Below, one piece after another: positions 19,988-29,332 of a stretch of DNA of 64,000 nucleotides. The stretch spans positions 43,273-107,272 of IMG/VR virus record IMGVR_UViG_3300020192_000008, one strand, 5' to 3'. The translations under genes and the position numbers were made by a program. The notes beneath the pieces were generated by a model that was not told where the DNA came from, did not search any database, and saw only the letters and a program-made list of their open reading frames with translations. The DNA comes from a virus. Position 1 is the stretch's first letter. Each line of letters opens with the position of its first letter.

Positions 19988-20480
19988 TCCGCTAGAGAAG
20001 TCGAGACTCTGGCAGATAGAAGCCCTGTTCGCCCCTATCGCCGGCCGTACTTTGGGGGGAGTACGTGCCAAACTAGTTGATGAAAAGAACTTCGTCACCT
20101 TCATCAACCAAATGGATCTAGAGGTACTCCTTGGGCTAGTGAAGCCTGGGATGAAGTGCCACTGGTCTGGCAGATCGTACTCAGGCCCAGGTGACCGGGA
20201 CTGGTACGGCTTGTGTGTCGACGATGACGACCTGATCGACGATCTCTACGGCCGTGAACTCATGCTCAGATCTGAATACAACTATCAGAGGCTGCCTGAG
20301 GGTCTAGAGATATACCGCCGAGTACACCACGAAGAGAAGGTCGACAAAGAAGAACTCCATCTTCTCATCGGCGATTACGACAGAGAGACAGGCGTCTGCC
20401 CCGATCCTCGGATGGAGACCATCGAGAACCGGTGGGTTCGGGCAGACAGCACGAGGGTCATATGGGAGGCCATTTTCTAA
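19887..20480 (+). CDS. Hypothetical protein
   Basis: 197-aa ORF with protein-like composition. Confidence 0.65.
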   Translation: MLIHPFLQKEKLRVHQGTRLLQETLGLVGRALFDPLEKSRLWQIEALFAPIAGRTLGGVRAKLVDEKNFVTFINQMDLEVLLGLVKPGMKCHWSGRSYSGPGDRDWYGLCVDDDDLIDDLYGRELMLRSEYNYQRLPEGLEIYRRVHHEEKVDKEELHLLIGDYDRETGVCPDPRMETIENRWVRADSTRVIWEAIF

Positions 20481-21055
20481 GGCTTCTCCCGGGTGCACAG
20501 GACGACGAGGAAGAGACCGTCAGTGACGCTGAGCCTGAGTTCGACTCAGGCCAGCGTTGCTCTATCTGCGGCGAAGCCCTCCTCCTCACCGAGGAGGTCT
20601 TCTGTCTTGAGCTCAGGCAAGCCTGGGTTGAAGGCGGCGAGCTGCAGACCTTCCCCCTTCTTGACGCCGACGGAGAACCGGAGTTCACCTCGTACATCTT
20701 TCACTTCGAGTGCTGGGAGAGCGCTACGCATGAGCTCGGAGAACAAGTCGAGGACATCCCAGCCCTCACTTCCCTCGAGAAGCTTCTCGAATGCACGGAG
20801 TGTGGCAACAGCATCACTGCCTGGGACCCGTACTGCGCCGTCACCTTTGGAGAACTACATGCCTCCAAAAGGCGACCGTCTGGAGCGCCGGCGGTTCACT
20901 TCACGGGCCTATCGAGGCCACTTCCGCTCTGCTTGGTCTGCGTGGCCAGGCTGATCGATGAATGTTTCGACGACTGGGAAGACGGCGTCATGGAGCGTCT
21001 TCCGATGATTGAACACCTGTACCAACAGTACATCGCCGGAGAACAAGAAGAATGA
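20432..21055 (+). CDS. Cys-rich Zn-binding protein with internal duplication (start uncertain)
   Basis: CSICGE...FHFEC and CTECGN...LCLVC; ATGA overlap with the MoxR gene. Confidence 0.6.
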   Translation: MGSGRQHEGHMGGHFLRLLPGAQDDEEETVSDAEPEFDSGQRCSICGEALLLTEEVFCLELRQAWVEGGELQTFPLLDADGEPEFTSYIFHFECWESATHELGEQVEDIPALTSLEKLLECTECGNSITAWDPYCAVTFGELHASKRRPSGAPAVHFTGLSRPLPLCLVCVARLIDECFDDWEDGVMERLPMIEHLYQQYIAGEQEE

Positions 21056-22308
21056 GCGTATCTCTCGAGACCATCCTCTCCACGTCCTTCCTCGTCCCCC
21101 TCGGGGACCCGCTCAAGCCCAACTGCTACTGGGGCCTGAACGTCATGCTCTGGGGCAGCCCCGGCATCGGCAAGAGCGCACGCGTCAGGTCTGCTGCCGC
21201 CAAGGCGGGTCTGCCCACCGAGGTTGTCATCGCCGCAACGCGCCAGCCCGAGGACGTGTCGGGCGCTGCCTTCCCCGACGGCCAGGGCGGCGTGAACATC
21301 AAGACCCTGCTGCCAGGCGTCCAGCGCCTCATCAAGGACGAGCAGGGCGTGCTCTTCCTCGACGAGCTCTCCTGCGCCAGGCCCGCTGTGCAGGCAGCCT
21401 TCCTCGGCGTCGTACTCGATCGCAGGGTCGGTGACGACATGCTGCCCCCAGGCATCCGCGTTCTCGCTGCTGCCAACCCCCCCGAAGAAGCCGCCGGCGG
21501 CTGGGACCTCGAGCCCCCCATGGCCAACCGGTTCTGCCACGTCAACGTCCCCGCCCCCGTCGTTGCCGAGTGGACGGCCTGGTTCCTCAGCCAGTCGAGC
21601 GGCAGGGTCGAAGACGTCGAGATGGGTGAGAAGAAGGTCCAGGAAGGCTGGGGTGAGAACTGGCCGGCTGTGCAGGGCCTCGTCTCAGGCTTCCTGCAGG
21701 ACCGCTCGTCGGCTCTCTACAGCATGCCCAAGGAGGGCTCGAAGGACCGCTCGAGGGCCTGGCCTTCCCCACGCACCTGGGAGATGGCCGCTCGCAGCAT
21801 GGCCACCGTGCGCTGCCTCTTCCCCCTGCCCACCGGCAAGCCCCTCTCCGATGAGCAGAAGAAGGAGCACGCTCGCAAGACCGCTACCCACGACATCCTC
21901 ATGTCCACCCTGCTCGAGGGCTGCATCGGTCGCGGCGTTGCCGCTGAGTTCATCAACTGGGTCAAGGCAGCTGACCTCCCCAGCCCCTCCGATGTCCTCA
22001 AGTTCGGCTACGTCGTCGACAAGCGCCGGCTCGACATCGCCATGGCTGCCTACAGCTCCATGATCTCCTACGTCCTCACCAAGCCCACGCGCGATGAGAA
22101 GGTCGCCCTCGCCTCCCTCGCCTGGACCCGACTCCATGAGCTCAGCAAGCAGGGCCTGGCCGACATGGCCATCCCCAACATCCAGGCCATGATCTCCAAC
22201 GACCTCGGCACCCGCGCTGGCAAGAAGGAAGTGAACGATGCCATGCGGCCTCTGCTCATGGACTTCATCAAGCGCGGCCTCGAGAAGTACATGATCGAGG
22301 ATAAGTGA
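21052..22308 (+). CDS. MoxR-family AAA+ ATPase
   Basis: GSPGIGKS (Walker A), LFLDE (Walker B), AAANP, MANRF, PSPRTWE. Confidence 0.9.
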   Translation: MSVSLETILSTSFLVPLGDPLKPNCYWGLNVMLWGSPGIGKSARVRSAAAKAGLPTEVVIAATRQPEDVSGAAFPDGQGGVNIKTLLPGVQRLIKDEQGVLFLDELSCARPAVQAAFLGVVLDRRVGDDMLPPGIRVLAAANPPEEAAGGWDLEPPMANRFCHVNVPAPVVAEWTAWFLSQSSGRVEDVEMGEKKVQEGWGENWPAVQGLVSGFLQDRSSALYSMPKEGSKDRSRAWPSPRTWEMAARSMATVRCLFPLPTGKPLSDEQKKEHARKTATHDILMSTLLEGCIGRGVAAEFINWVKAADLPSPSDVLKFGYVVDKRRLDIAMAAYSSMISYVLTKPTRDEKVALASLAWTRLHELSKQGLADMAIPNIQAMISNDLGTRAGKKEVNDAMRPLLMDFIKRGLEKYMIEDK

Positions 22309-23613
22309 ATGGCTCTCTCTTCCTCCCTCTCCTCAACTGAGCGCGCTGAAACGCTCATGGCTGAGGCTCGGGCCCTCATCCACAAACAAACCCCCTACCT
22401 GATGAGCCTCGTCTACTCATTCATCCCCAGGGAAGCTCCCGAGCTCCAGACCATGGGCATCACCAAGGGGCTCGTCCTGTACTACGGCCCCGAGTGGCTG
22501 CTCAAGTGCACGCCAGAACAGGTTGCTGCTGCTCTCGTTCATGAGTGCCTGCACATCCTGCGAGACCACCTGCCTCGCATCGCTGCATGCGCTGACAAGG
22601 AGAAGGGCAACGTCGCCGCCGACCTGGCCATCAACCCGGCCGTCGAGGAGATGAAGTACAAGCTGCCTCACGGCGTCTTCCCCAAGGACTTCAAGCTCCC
22701 CAACGAGCTCACCCTGGGGGAGTACTACGACAAGATCCCCGCCTCCGCGATGGACAAGATGCGGCAGGGTCAAGGCCAAGGTCAGGGCCAAGGCACCCCC
22801 GGCAAAGGCCCCCCAGGCCAGGGCCAAGGGATGGGTATCGGCAGCGGCTCTTGCGGGGGTATCGCCGGCAACGCCGATGACCAAGAGTTCGAGGACGCCC
22901 TCGATCAAGAGCTGGGCGGCAAGACCGAGACGGAAGTCAAAGCCGCTCGGAACAAGACGATCGACAGCATCAAGAAGTGGGCTGAGGCAAAGGGCCGGGG
23001 CAATATGCCTGGCTCCTTCCAACAGTTCATCGACATGGACCTGAATGAAGCGGCTCATGTGCCGTGGCAGCAGGTCCTCAAGTCCGTCCTCAAGCGCTGC
23101 TGCGGTCGTCTCGAATCGGGTGGTCAAGACTTCTCTCGGACCCATCCGTCCAAGCGAAGCTACGCCCGGGGGATGATCATCCCAGGCATGGTCGACTACC
23201 AGCCGGAGGTCGCGTTCATCCTCGATACCTCGGGGTCCATGAGTGACAAGGACATCCAGGAGTGCTTGCGGGAAGCCATCGGCGTCTTGAAGTCACTCAA
23301 CATCGAGACAGCCTGGCTTCTGCAGGCTGACATGTCCGTTGCCACGGCCCCGAAGAAGGTTCGTGTCAAAGACATCAAGGCTGGTCTCACCATCCACGGC
23401 CGTGGTGGGACTGACTTCGATGACGCCTTTCGCAAGGTCGACAGGCTCAAGCCGAGGCCAGACCTGGTGATCTATCTCACCGACGGTGACGGTGGCGTCA
23501 CCTACCAGCCGAAGATGGAAGTCATCTGGTGTCTTGTGAGCAACCACAGAACAACAGCACCTGCTTCCTGGGGGTACCCCGTCTTCGTAAGGCAAGATGA
23601 ACATGGTAGGTAA
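22309..23613 (+). CDS. HExxH metallopeptidase-like + vWA protein (DUF2201-like), MoxR partner
   Basis: LVHECLHIL, NVAADLAIN, DTSGSMS (MIDAS), GRGGTDF, YLTDG. Confidence 0.85.
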   Translation: MALSSSLSSTERAETLMAEARALIHKQTPYLMSLVYSFIPREAPELQTMGITKGLVLYYGPEWLLKCTPEQVAAALVHECLHILRDHLPRIAACADKEKGNVAADLAINPAVEEMKYKLPHGVFPKDFKLPNELTLGEYYDKIPASAMDKMRQGQGQGQGQGTPGKGPPGQGQGMGIGSGSCGGIAGNADDQEFEDALDQELGGKTETEVKAARNKTIDSIKKWAEAKGRGNMPGSFQQFIDMDLNEAAHVPWQQVLKSVLKRCCGRLESGGQDFSRTHPSKRSYARGMIIPGMVDYQPEVAFILDTSGSMSDKDIQECLREAIGVLKSLNIETAWLLQADMSVATAPKKVRVKDIKAGLTIHGRGGTDFDDAFRKVDRLKPRPDLVIYLTDGDGGVTYQPKMEVIWCLVSNHRTTAPASWGYPVFVRQDEHGR

Positions 23614-23617
23614 AACC

Positions 23618-23794
23618 ATGGACATCGATGACTTGATCGACGCGGCGAGAGTTCACGGGGAGCAGTCGGAAGCTGAACATGAGCTAGGAGACCTGCAGAC
23701 GATTCTGCGGGCCTGCTGGGAGATCATGGACAGCGGACAGAAGCGTGAGCTGGTAGAGGAGTTCGAGGAACTCGTCGACGAGTGGCAGGAGTGA
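23618..23794 (+). CDS. Small acidic protein
   Basis: MDIDDLIDAA..., between the vWA gene and a terminator. Confidence 0.6.
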   Translation: MDIDDLIDAARVHGEQSEAEHELGDLQTILRACWEIMDSGQKRELVEEFEELVDEWQE

Positions 23795-23798
23795 GATG

Positions 23799-23834
23799 AA
23801 GAAGGGGCCCGATAAGGCCCCTTCTTTTAGCTCC
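23799..23834. terminator. Intrinsic terminator between convergent units
   Basis: AAGAAGGGGCC-CGATAA-GGCCCCTTCTT then TTAGCT. Confidence 0.8.
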
Positions 23835-23838
23835 TACT

Positions 23839-25860
23839 TCAGACTGCTGCCTGAGCTCTCCTGGGGGGAAGCTTCTCGGGCAATGGCGTCATGTTGACGG
23901 CGGGTTGAGCTGCCTGTCCCGGGCCTGTGGCGATGCCCATCTTGGCGAGCATCTGCCGGACCATGTCTGCGAGTTCGGGGCTTTGCGCTTCGAGGTTCGA
24001 GAGAGCTGCCTGCTGTTGGTCAGCGGGCATGCTGGAGATCATCTGGGCTTGCTGGTAGGCGATGGTGGGCAGGTCCATCTGTCCGCCTGGGGGCATCTGC
24101 TGGCCGGCGTTGAGGGGGGATTGGGTCTGGCTCATGGGGTCAGGCTGGCCACCCTGGGGGTTGGCTTGTGATTGCTGGCCTGGCGACTGACCCGGGGCTG
24201 CCTCGGCCGGCATGCCCTGCTCTTGCCCGCCTGGGGTGCCTTGACCCATGGCGTCTTGTCCGCCTGGCTCTCCAGGGGCAGGGCCCTGGGCCATGTCCTG
24301 CTGTTGAGCCTGTTGCGCCTTGGCCTGGTACTTCCCCATGATGAGCTGCTGCTGACCTTGAAGGTCTGCCGTAGCAAGCTGCTGAGCCCGGGTAGCCTCG
24401 ATACGGCTGGCCGTCTCTTTCTTCATGATGGCGTTCTCCTCTTCCTGAGAGAGGTCAGCGTCAGCAAGAAGGGTGGTGTCGGAGATCTTCTGGCCCTGGT
24501 TGAGCTGGAAGAGGTAGGCCTTGCGCTGCAGGTCGTCGGCCATCTTGAAGGGCTTGAACCTGATGTTCACCTTCGGCCATTGCATGAAGGCGGCGACCTC
24601 GTTCATCACCCACTTGACCATGGCCTTGTGGCGCAGGATGTAGCCGATGAACGCGTTCTCGAGCATCCGCATCGACACGTTCGTGCCGGCGTAACTCATG
24701 CCGCCGAGGAGGAACTCCCTCGGCACACCCATGCCCGTGATGATCTGCTCCGACCACTGCTGGATTTCTCCAGTGAGGAGGAGAGCCCGTCCATCGCCGC
24801 CCACGGTCTGGTTGCCGAGGGGCAGAGGCATGATGGGGATGTAGTTCTGGTCCCACCTCCACTTCGCAATCTCACCGGCGACGTGCTCACGCCACTCGAC
24901 CAGGTTGATGGTGGTGTAGGGGTCTGAAGTACCCGAGCCTGCCTGAGGGAACAGGATGCGCAGAGGGACAATGTGCTCGAGGAGGATGGCCTCCTGCGCT
25001 TTCTTCATCACCTGCAGGTAGAAGACGTCCTTGAGGACGGGCATGAGCAGGGGGATGCCCCAGCCACGGTCTTGTGTTGCCAGGGTAGGCCGGCGCAGGT
25101 GGAAGAAGTTGTCCTTGGAGAAGACAATGCCCTTCGCTTCTTTCAGCGCCGCAATGAAGACCTGCGGCACTCCTTCAACGACTTCCTTCTTGCCGATGAG
25201 GATGTCGTTCTTCACCTGCGGAGGGATCGTATAGAAGTAGGTGTACTCCCCGGTGACGTCGTTGTACTGGACCTCGACGTCTTCAGGGTTCCACCTGATG
25301 AGCTTGATGCCTGCGGCGTTGCGGATGTAGAAGTCCTGCGCAACGGCGTCAGCTGTGGTGCCGCACTTGGGGCACGTCATCCGGAAGGCGTAGTTGGTGA
25401 TGACCCAGCTGTTGCGGGTCTTCTTGGCAGGGGCCGAGAACTGGCAACTCGAGCACTTGAGGTACTTGGTGAACGGGTAGCTGATCGACACCATCCCGTT
25501 GCCGTAGCAGTTGTAGTCGAGGCCAACCTCGATCTGAAACGCACGGTAGCGCAGGTGGTCCTGGAAGTAGTCGGTCCACTTCCGCACGACTTCCGGGTCT
25601 TCGTGATCGATGATGAGGTCAGTGACAGGGTACTCACTGAGCTTGAACACCGTCGCGTTGATGAGCGGGTTCGTCAGGAAGTAGTACCGGCACCACTGGA
25701 ACATCTTCTTCATCGTCTGCGGCAGCCATGTCTGCGCGACGTCAAAGAAGGGGCTGGGGTAGCTGACGCTATTCGCCATAGCCCCCTGCATCCTGCCCCG
25801 GGACATTGTCCTCATCCCAGGACCCGCCCCACCACCACCCGGATTACCGATCATACTCAT
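23839..25860 (-). CDS. Portal protein with Q/P/G-rich C-terminal tail
   Basis: YYFLTNPLINATV, DYNCYGNG, FFHLRRPTLATQDRGWGIPLLMPVLK, IITGMGVPREFL; size and context fit a portal. Confidence 0.75.
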   Translation of the reverse strand: MSMIGNPGGGGAGPGMRTMSRGRMQGAMANSVSYPSPFFDVAQTWLPQTMKKMFQWCRYYFLTNPLINATVFKLSEYPVTDLIIDHEDPEVVRKWTDYFQDHLRYRAFQIEVGLDYNCYGNGMVSISYPFTKYLKCSSCQFSAPAKKTRNSWVITNYAFRMTCPKCGTTADAVAQDFYIRNAAGIKLIRWNPEDVEVQYNDVTGEYTYFYTIPPQVKNDILIGKKEVVEGVPQVFIAALKEAKGIVFSKDNFFHLRRPTLATQDRGWGIPLLMPVLKDVFYLQVMKKAQEAILLEHIVPLRILFPQAGSGTSDPYTTINLVEWREHVAGEIAKWRWDQNYIPIMPLPLGNQTVGGDGRALLLTGEIQQWSEQIITGMGVPREFLLGGMSYAGTNVSMRMLENAFIGYILRHKAMVKWVMNEVAAFMQWPKVNIRFKPFKMADDLQRKAYLFQLNQGQKISDTTLLADADLSQEEENAIMKKETASRIEATRAQQLATADLQGQQQLIMGKYQAKAQQAQQQDMAQGPAPGEPGGQDAMGQGTPGGQEQGMPAEAAPGQSPGQQSQANPQGGQPDPMSQTQSPLNAGQQMPPGGQMDLPTIAYQQAQMISSMPADQQQAALSNLEAQSPELADMVRQMLAKMGIATGPGQAAQPAVNMTPLPEKLPPRRAQAAV

Positions 25861-25861
25861 G

Positions 25862-26944
25862 TCACGTGCCCTCCGGCGCAGGGTAACCCGGAGGAGGCAG
25901 AACGCCTCGAATCTTCTTCTGCACCTTGTCTACCGCTCCACCAAGGGCTCCGCCGGCAGCGTTGAGCCCTGTGCCGAGGAGCATCTGGCTACCCATGGGC
26001 AAGGGAGAAAGCAGGGTGCCGCCCACGGCCCCAGCAAGGCTTGAACCAATGTGACGCGCCCTCGAGCCTGTACCGTCGTCTTCTGAAGACGCATTGATGG
26101 CCAGGTCAGCGATCGGCATGCCGATGGTGAGCGCCTTCATGGCTGGTGATGTGCCATGCCACTGGTCACCGAGGGTCTTCTTGAGGGTGTCGAGACGCTG
26201 GCCTGGTGTAGACAGACCTCGGATGACACCGGGCAGACTGGTCAGTCCTGCTTCTTCTGCAGCATGCCCAGCCATGTATGACTTGCCCTGGTCTGCGGCC
26301 TGAGCTCGCAGCTTGTCTACATGAAGCTGGTCGATCAAGTCTTTAGGGCTCTTCTTATTGAAGCCCATGAAGCCACTAGGCGGTTCAATCTTGGCCTCTT
26401 CAAAAGACTTACCGATCGATTTGTCCGCTGATGCGGCTGCTCTCTCGGCATCGTTCCACCCCTTGAGTCGGGGGGCTGCGCCCATGCCGATGGAGCCAAG
26501 GCCTTCCTTGGGCGTGGCACCCGTGAGGCCATGGATCTGCCGCTGACCGAAGTTGGCGAAGGTGTTGACCCCCTTCGTGTTGGTCAGAGCCACACGCGCC
26601 TTCTCCGCCATCTCTGGGGCAATGGCCCCAGCCCCGGCTCCAAGCAGCTTGCCGCCCAGAGCTCCAACGCCGGCGCCCACAACAGCGCCCTTGGCGCCGC
26701 TGGTCAGGCCAGCCGAGAGGGCAGAGCGGGTGTCGGCTCCTTGCTCTTTGGCGTCCTTGTAGCCTCGGTAGCCTTTGACCCCTGCACCAACGAGAGCGCC
26801 AGCTCCCACCCCAACACCTCCCATAGCGCCGCCCAAACCAAGAGCGGAAGCCACGCGAGGGTTCTTGATGACGTCGAAGTAGCCCGCATGTTTCTTGAGC
26901 TCGTCACGGAAGCCCTCAAGTACGTCCGAAGTGATGTAGTCCAT
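25862..26944 (-). CDS. Gly/Ala-rich virion (internal/ejection) protein
   Basis: N-terminal GFRDELKKHAG motif and glycine-zipper segments. Confidence 0.6.
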   Translation of the reverse strand: MDYITSDVLEGFRDELKKHAGYFDVIKNPRVASALGLGGAMGGVGVGAGALVGAGVKGYRGYKDAKEQGADTRSALSAGLTSGAKGAVVGAGVGALGGKLLGAGAGAIAPEMAEKARVALTNTKGVNTFANFGQRQIHGLTGATPKEGLGSIGMGAAPRLKGWNDAERAAASADKSIGKSFEEAKIEPPSGFMGFNKKSPKDLIDQLHVDKLRAQAADQGKSYMAGHAAEEAGLTSLPGVIRGLSTPGQRLDTLKKTLGDQWHGTSPAMKALTIGMPIADLAINASSEDDGTGSRARHIGSSLAGAVGGTLLSPLPMGSQMLLGTGLNAAGGALGGAVDKVQKKIRGVLPPPGYPAPEGT

Positions 26945-27710
26945 GGCCCACCAGAGGGAGTTGAGAGCGAAGAAGAAGCCGACTGTGGTCGAGAGCCTTC
27001 TCGACGCGCAGCATACGCCGGAGCTGCTCGCCTTCGACTGAGTCTTCGCTTGGTTCTTGACCTGATGCTTTCACACCGGGCCAGCGCTTCTTTATATCTT
27101 CCACATCCAGGGGGAAACCCTCGACGTCGGGCTGAGCAAAGCTGATGGGAGAAGAGACGACGAGCAGACCGTCGAACTTCACAGACTGCCGAGCGAACTC
27201 TTCAACCTCTGAAGACCAAGGGACGTCATCTCGTATGCGGTTGGAGATGTCGACGGCAATGGAGATGTCCATGGCCGTGGGGGCCTGCATGATGTCGAAG
27301 TCCGGGAACATTCCGTTGAGGGCAACGGTGCACCAGGAGAAGACTTCCCACCGCTCCCAGAAGGTATCGACGAGGTGCAGCGTCTTGCACGCCATCACCT
27401 TCTGGAGGTTGATGTCACTACTTCCACCAAAGTCCCGGTTGATGTGGGCCTCTAGCGTCTCAGGTTCCCAAGTAAGCCATTCGACCCCGTACTTCTGGAG
27501 GAGGGAGAGATCGAGGGCGATGGGATGGGCATCGGGGTGACGGAAGAGGTTCTGCCGGGTCACCTGACCCGGCTGCCCTTCTACCCTTGCCTTGGGCTCT
27601 TCATCCTTGTCGCCGAAGACTTCGAGCTCCTCTGTCGGATCTTCTGGCAGGTCTTTCGACGCCAGCTTGACCCGACCACGGATGATGTCGAGCAGCTCGT
27701 CAGCGTCCAT
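26916..27710 (-). CDS. Hypothetical head-associated protein
   Basis: 264 aa, VKLAS near the N-terminus, TGATG coupling. Confidence 0.65.
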   Translation of the reverse strand: MDADELLDIIRGRVKLASKDLPEDPTEELEVFGDKDEEPKARVEGQPGQVTRQNLFRHPDAHPIALDLSLLQKYGVEWLTWEPETLEAHINRDFGGSSDINLQKVMACKTLHLVDTFWERWEVFSWCTVALNGMFPDFDIMQAPTAMDISIAVDISNRIRDDVPWSSEVEEFARQSVKFDGLLVVSSPISFAQPDVEGFPLDVEDIKKRWPGVKASGQEPSEDSVEGEQLRRMLRVEKALDHSRLLLRSQLPLVGHGLHHFGRT

Positions 27711-29227
27711 CAGATGTTCTGCTCCGACCCTGGTGCGTTCTCGGTGGCCATGCGGATGATCATCTTCTTCTGATCTACCGGCAAAGACTTGTAGATGGCA
27801 ATGGGGTCCTTGATGAACTCATTGGCCATGTCACCACCGAAGATGCCCTTGACCTGCTTGTACTCGGTGGCAGCGAAGGCAGCGAGCTGTTTGCCCGTGA
27901 CGTACAGGTTGCCGATGATGTCACTGAACTCCTCGACCGAGTCTTCATCCGACGCCGTCTTCACCTGACCGTAGGTCGAGTAGAAGGGGTCGTAGACAGC
28001 CTCGTCGTAGAGGTGGTCGATGCCGGCGATCTTGTCGAACTCACCGAGAAGACCACGCAGCAGCTCGGGGTCGATCTTGCCGTAGTAGCCCGCCACCTTC
28101 TGGAGCAGGACGGCCTTCTCATCGGAGTCGAGGACGTTGCGGCGCATGTCGATGGCGGCCTGGAACTCGCTTGGTGAGGCGAGCTTCTCCGAGCCGTACT
28201 TCATGATGTTGACGGGCAGCATGACCCGCATGTCTCGCGCCCGCTTGACCAGGTTCGAGCAGTACTCGTGCCGGTCGCCTGGCTCGAGACGCTCACCGTA
28301 CTCCTCGAAGTAGGCGCTCGCCTGCTTGACCTGCTCATAGCTATCGAGCGGGTAGCGGCTGCCGAGGGCGTAGTGCGTGGCCCTCAGCTCTTCAGACCGA
28401 ACAGATGCCTCCTTGTGGGTCACATCCACGTGGGGCTCCATGTTCTTCATCTGCGGCTGCGAGGGAGGCTGCGCGCTGTACTGGCCGTTGGGGTTGCCTG
28501 GATCGGGGGCGTCATCGTTCGAGTGACCGGGGACCTTGCGGCCCATGGTCGTTGCCGCCGTCTTCTGCACAGCAGCAAGCGAAGACTTGGCGCCCTCTCC
28601 CTTACCCATCGAGGCGCTCAGGGGCATGGTGCTCGAGCCGGTGAGCTCGCCCTGCTTACCCATGAACGAGTGCAGGTCTGGCATGCCAGCCACCGCGTCA
28701 TGGCTTGCCTCCTCCAGGTGCGAGAGGTTCTTGCCGACGTTGGATGCCGTCCCCTTGATGAGGCTCGGCATGGCCGCGTACTGAATGAGCTTGAGCGGGT
28801 CTTTGGCGAGGCTCGTGGCCTTGCTCTCGATGTACCTGCCGCCCATACGAGCCGCGCCGCCCGCCAGGCCTGCCACCTTCTCGAGCTCCTCGGGTACATC
28901 GAGCTCGTACCACTCGCAGGCGATCTTCAGGTTCTCGGCCGTCTTGACTTGCGCCTCGACGGGGAGCTTCTCTGCGTTCTTCAGGAAGTACAGCACCGAG
29001 AGGGCGGTGTTGCCCTCATCGACGCAGGCAAACTTCCGGAGCTTCTCTTCACCGTTGATCATGACGAGCGCGAAGGCATCGTCAGGCAGGTGGTCGAGAC
29101 TCTCTGGTGACAGGCCAGAGGCCTGCTTCACGAAATCTGGGACGATGTTGGAGGTAGGGAACATGCCCTTGAAAAGAGTCCCACCGACATCGTCATAGAA
29201 GTCGAGGACAAGGCCGCTAGTACGCAT
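27710..29227 (-). CDS. Head-associated protein rich in K-x-A-S motifs
   Basis: 505 aa with AAGGAG SD; VKQAS twice, EKVAG, HKEAS, EKLAS, VKTAS. Confidence 0.7.
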   Translation of the reverse strand: MRTSGLVLDFYDDVGGTLFKGMFPTSNIVPDFVKQASGLSPESLDHLPDDAFALVMINGEEKLRKFACVDEGNTALSVLYFLKNAEKLPVEAQVKTAENLKIACEWYELDVPEELEKVAGLAGGAARMGGRYIESKATSLAKDPLKLIQYAAMPSLIKGTASNVGKNLSHLEEASHDAVAGMPDLHSFMGKQGELTGSSTMPLSASMGKGEGAKSSLAAVQKTAATTMGRKVPGHSNDDAPDPGNPNGQYSAQPPSQPQMKNMEPHVDVTHKEASVRSEELRATHYALGSRYPLDSYEQVKQASAYFEEYGERLEPGDRHEYCSNLVKRARDMRVMLPVNIMKYGSEKLASPSEFQAAIDMRRNVLDSDEKAVLLQKVAGYYGKIDPELLRGLLGEFDKIAGIDHLYDEAVYDPFYSTYGQVKTASDEDSVEEFSDIIGNLYVTGKQLAAFAATEYKQVKGIFGGDMANEFIKDPIAIYKSLPVDQKKMIIRMATENAPGSEQNI

Positions 29228-29279
29228 CTGATGGGCTCCTTCTTCTTGTTCTTCTAGAACGGCAAGACTAGGCCGACCT

Positions 29280-29290
29280 CGGGGATAAAG
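29280..29290 (+). promoter_or_regulatory. Candidate phage promoter motif CGGGGATAAAG
   Basis: In the divergent intergenic region at the head of the replication operon. Confidence 0.35.
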
Positions 29291-29332
29291 GAAACGAGGG
29301 GCGGAACCTATCTCTGCTCCGAGGAGAATACC

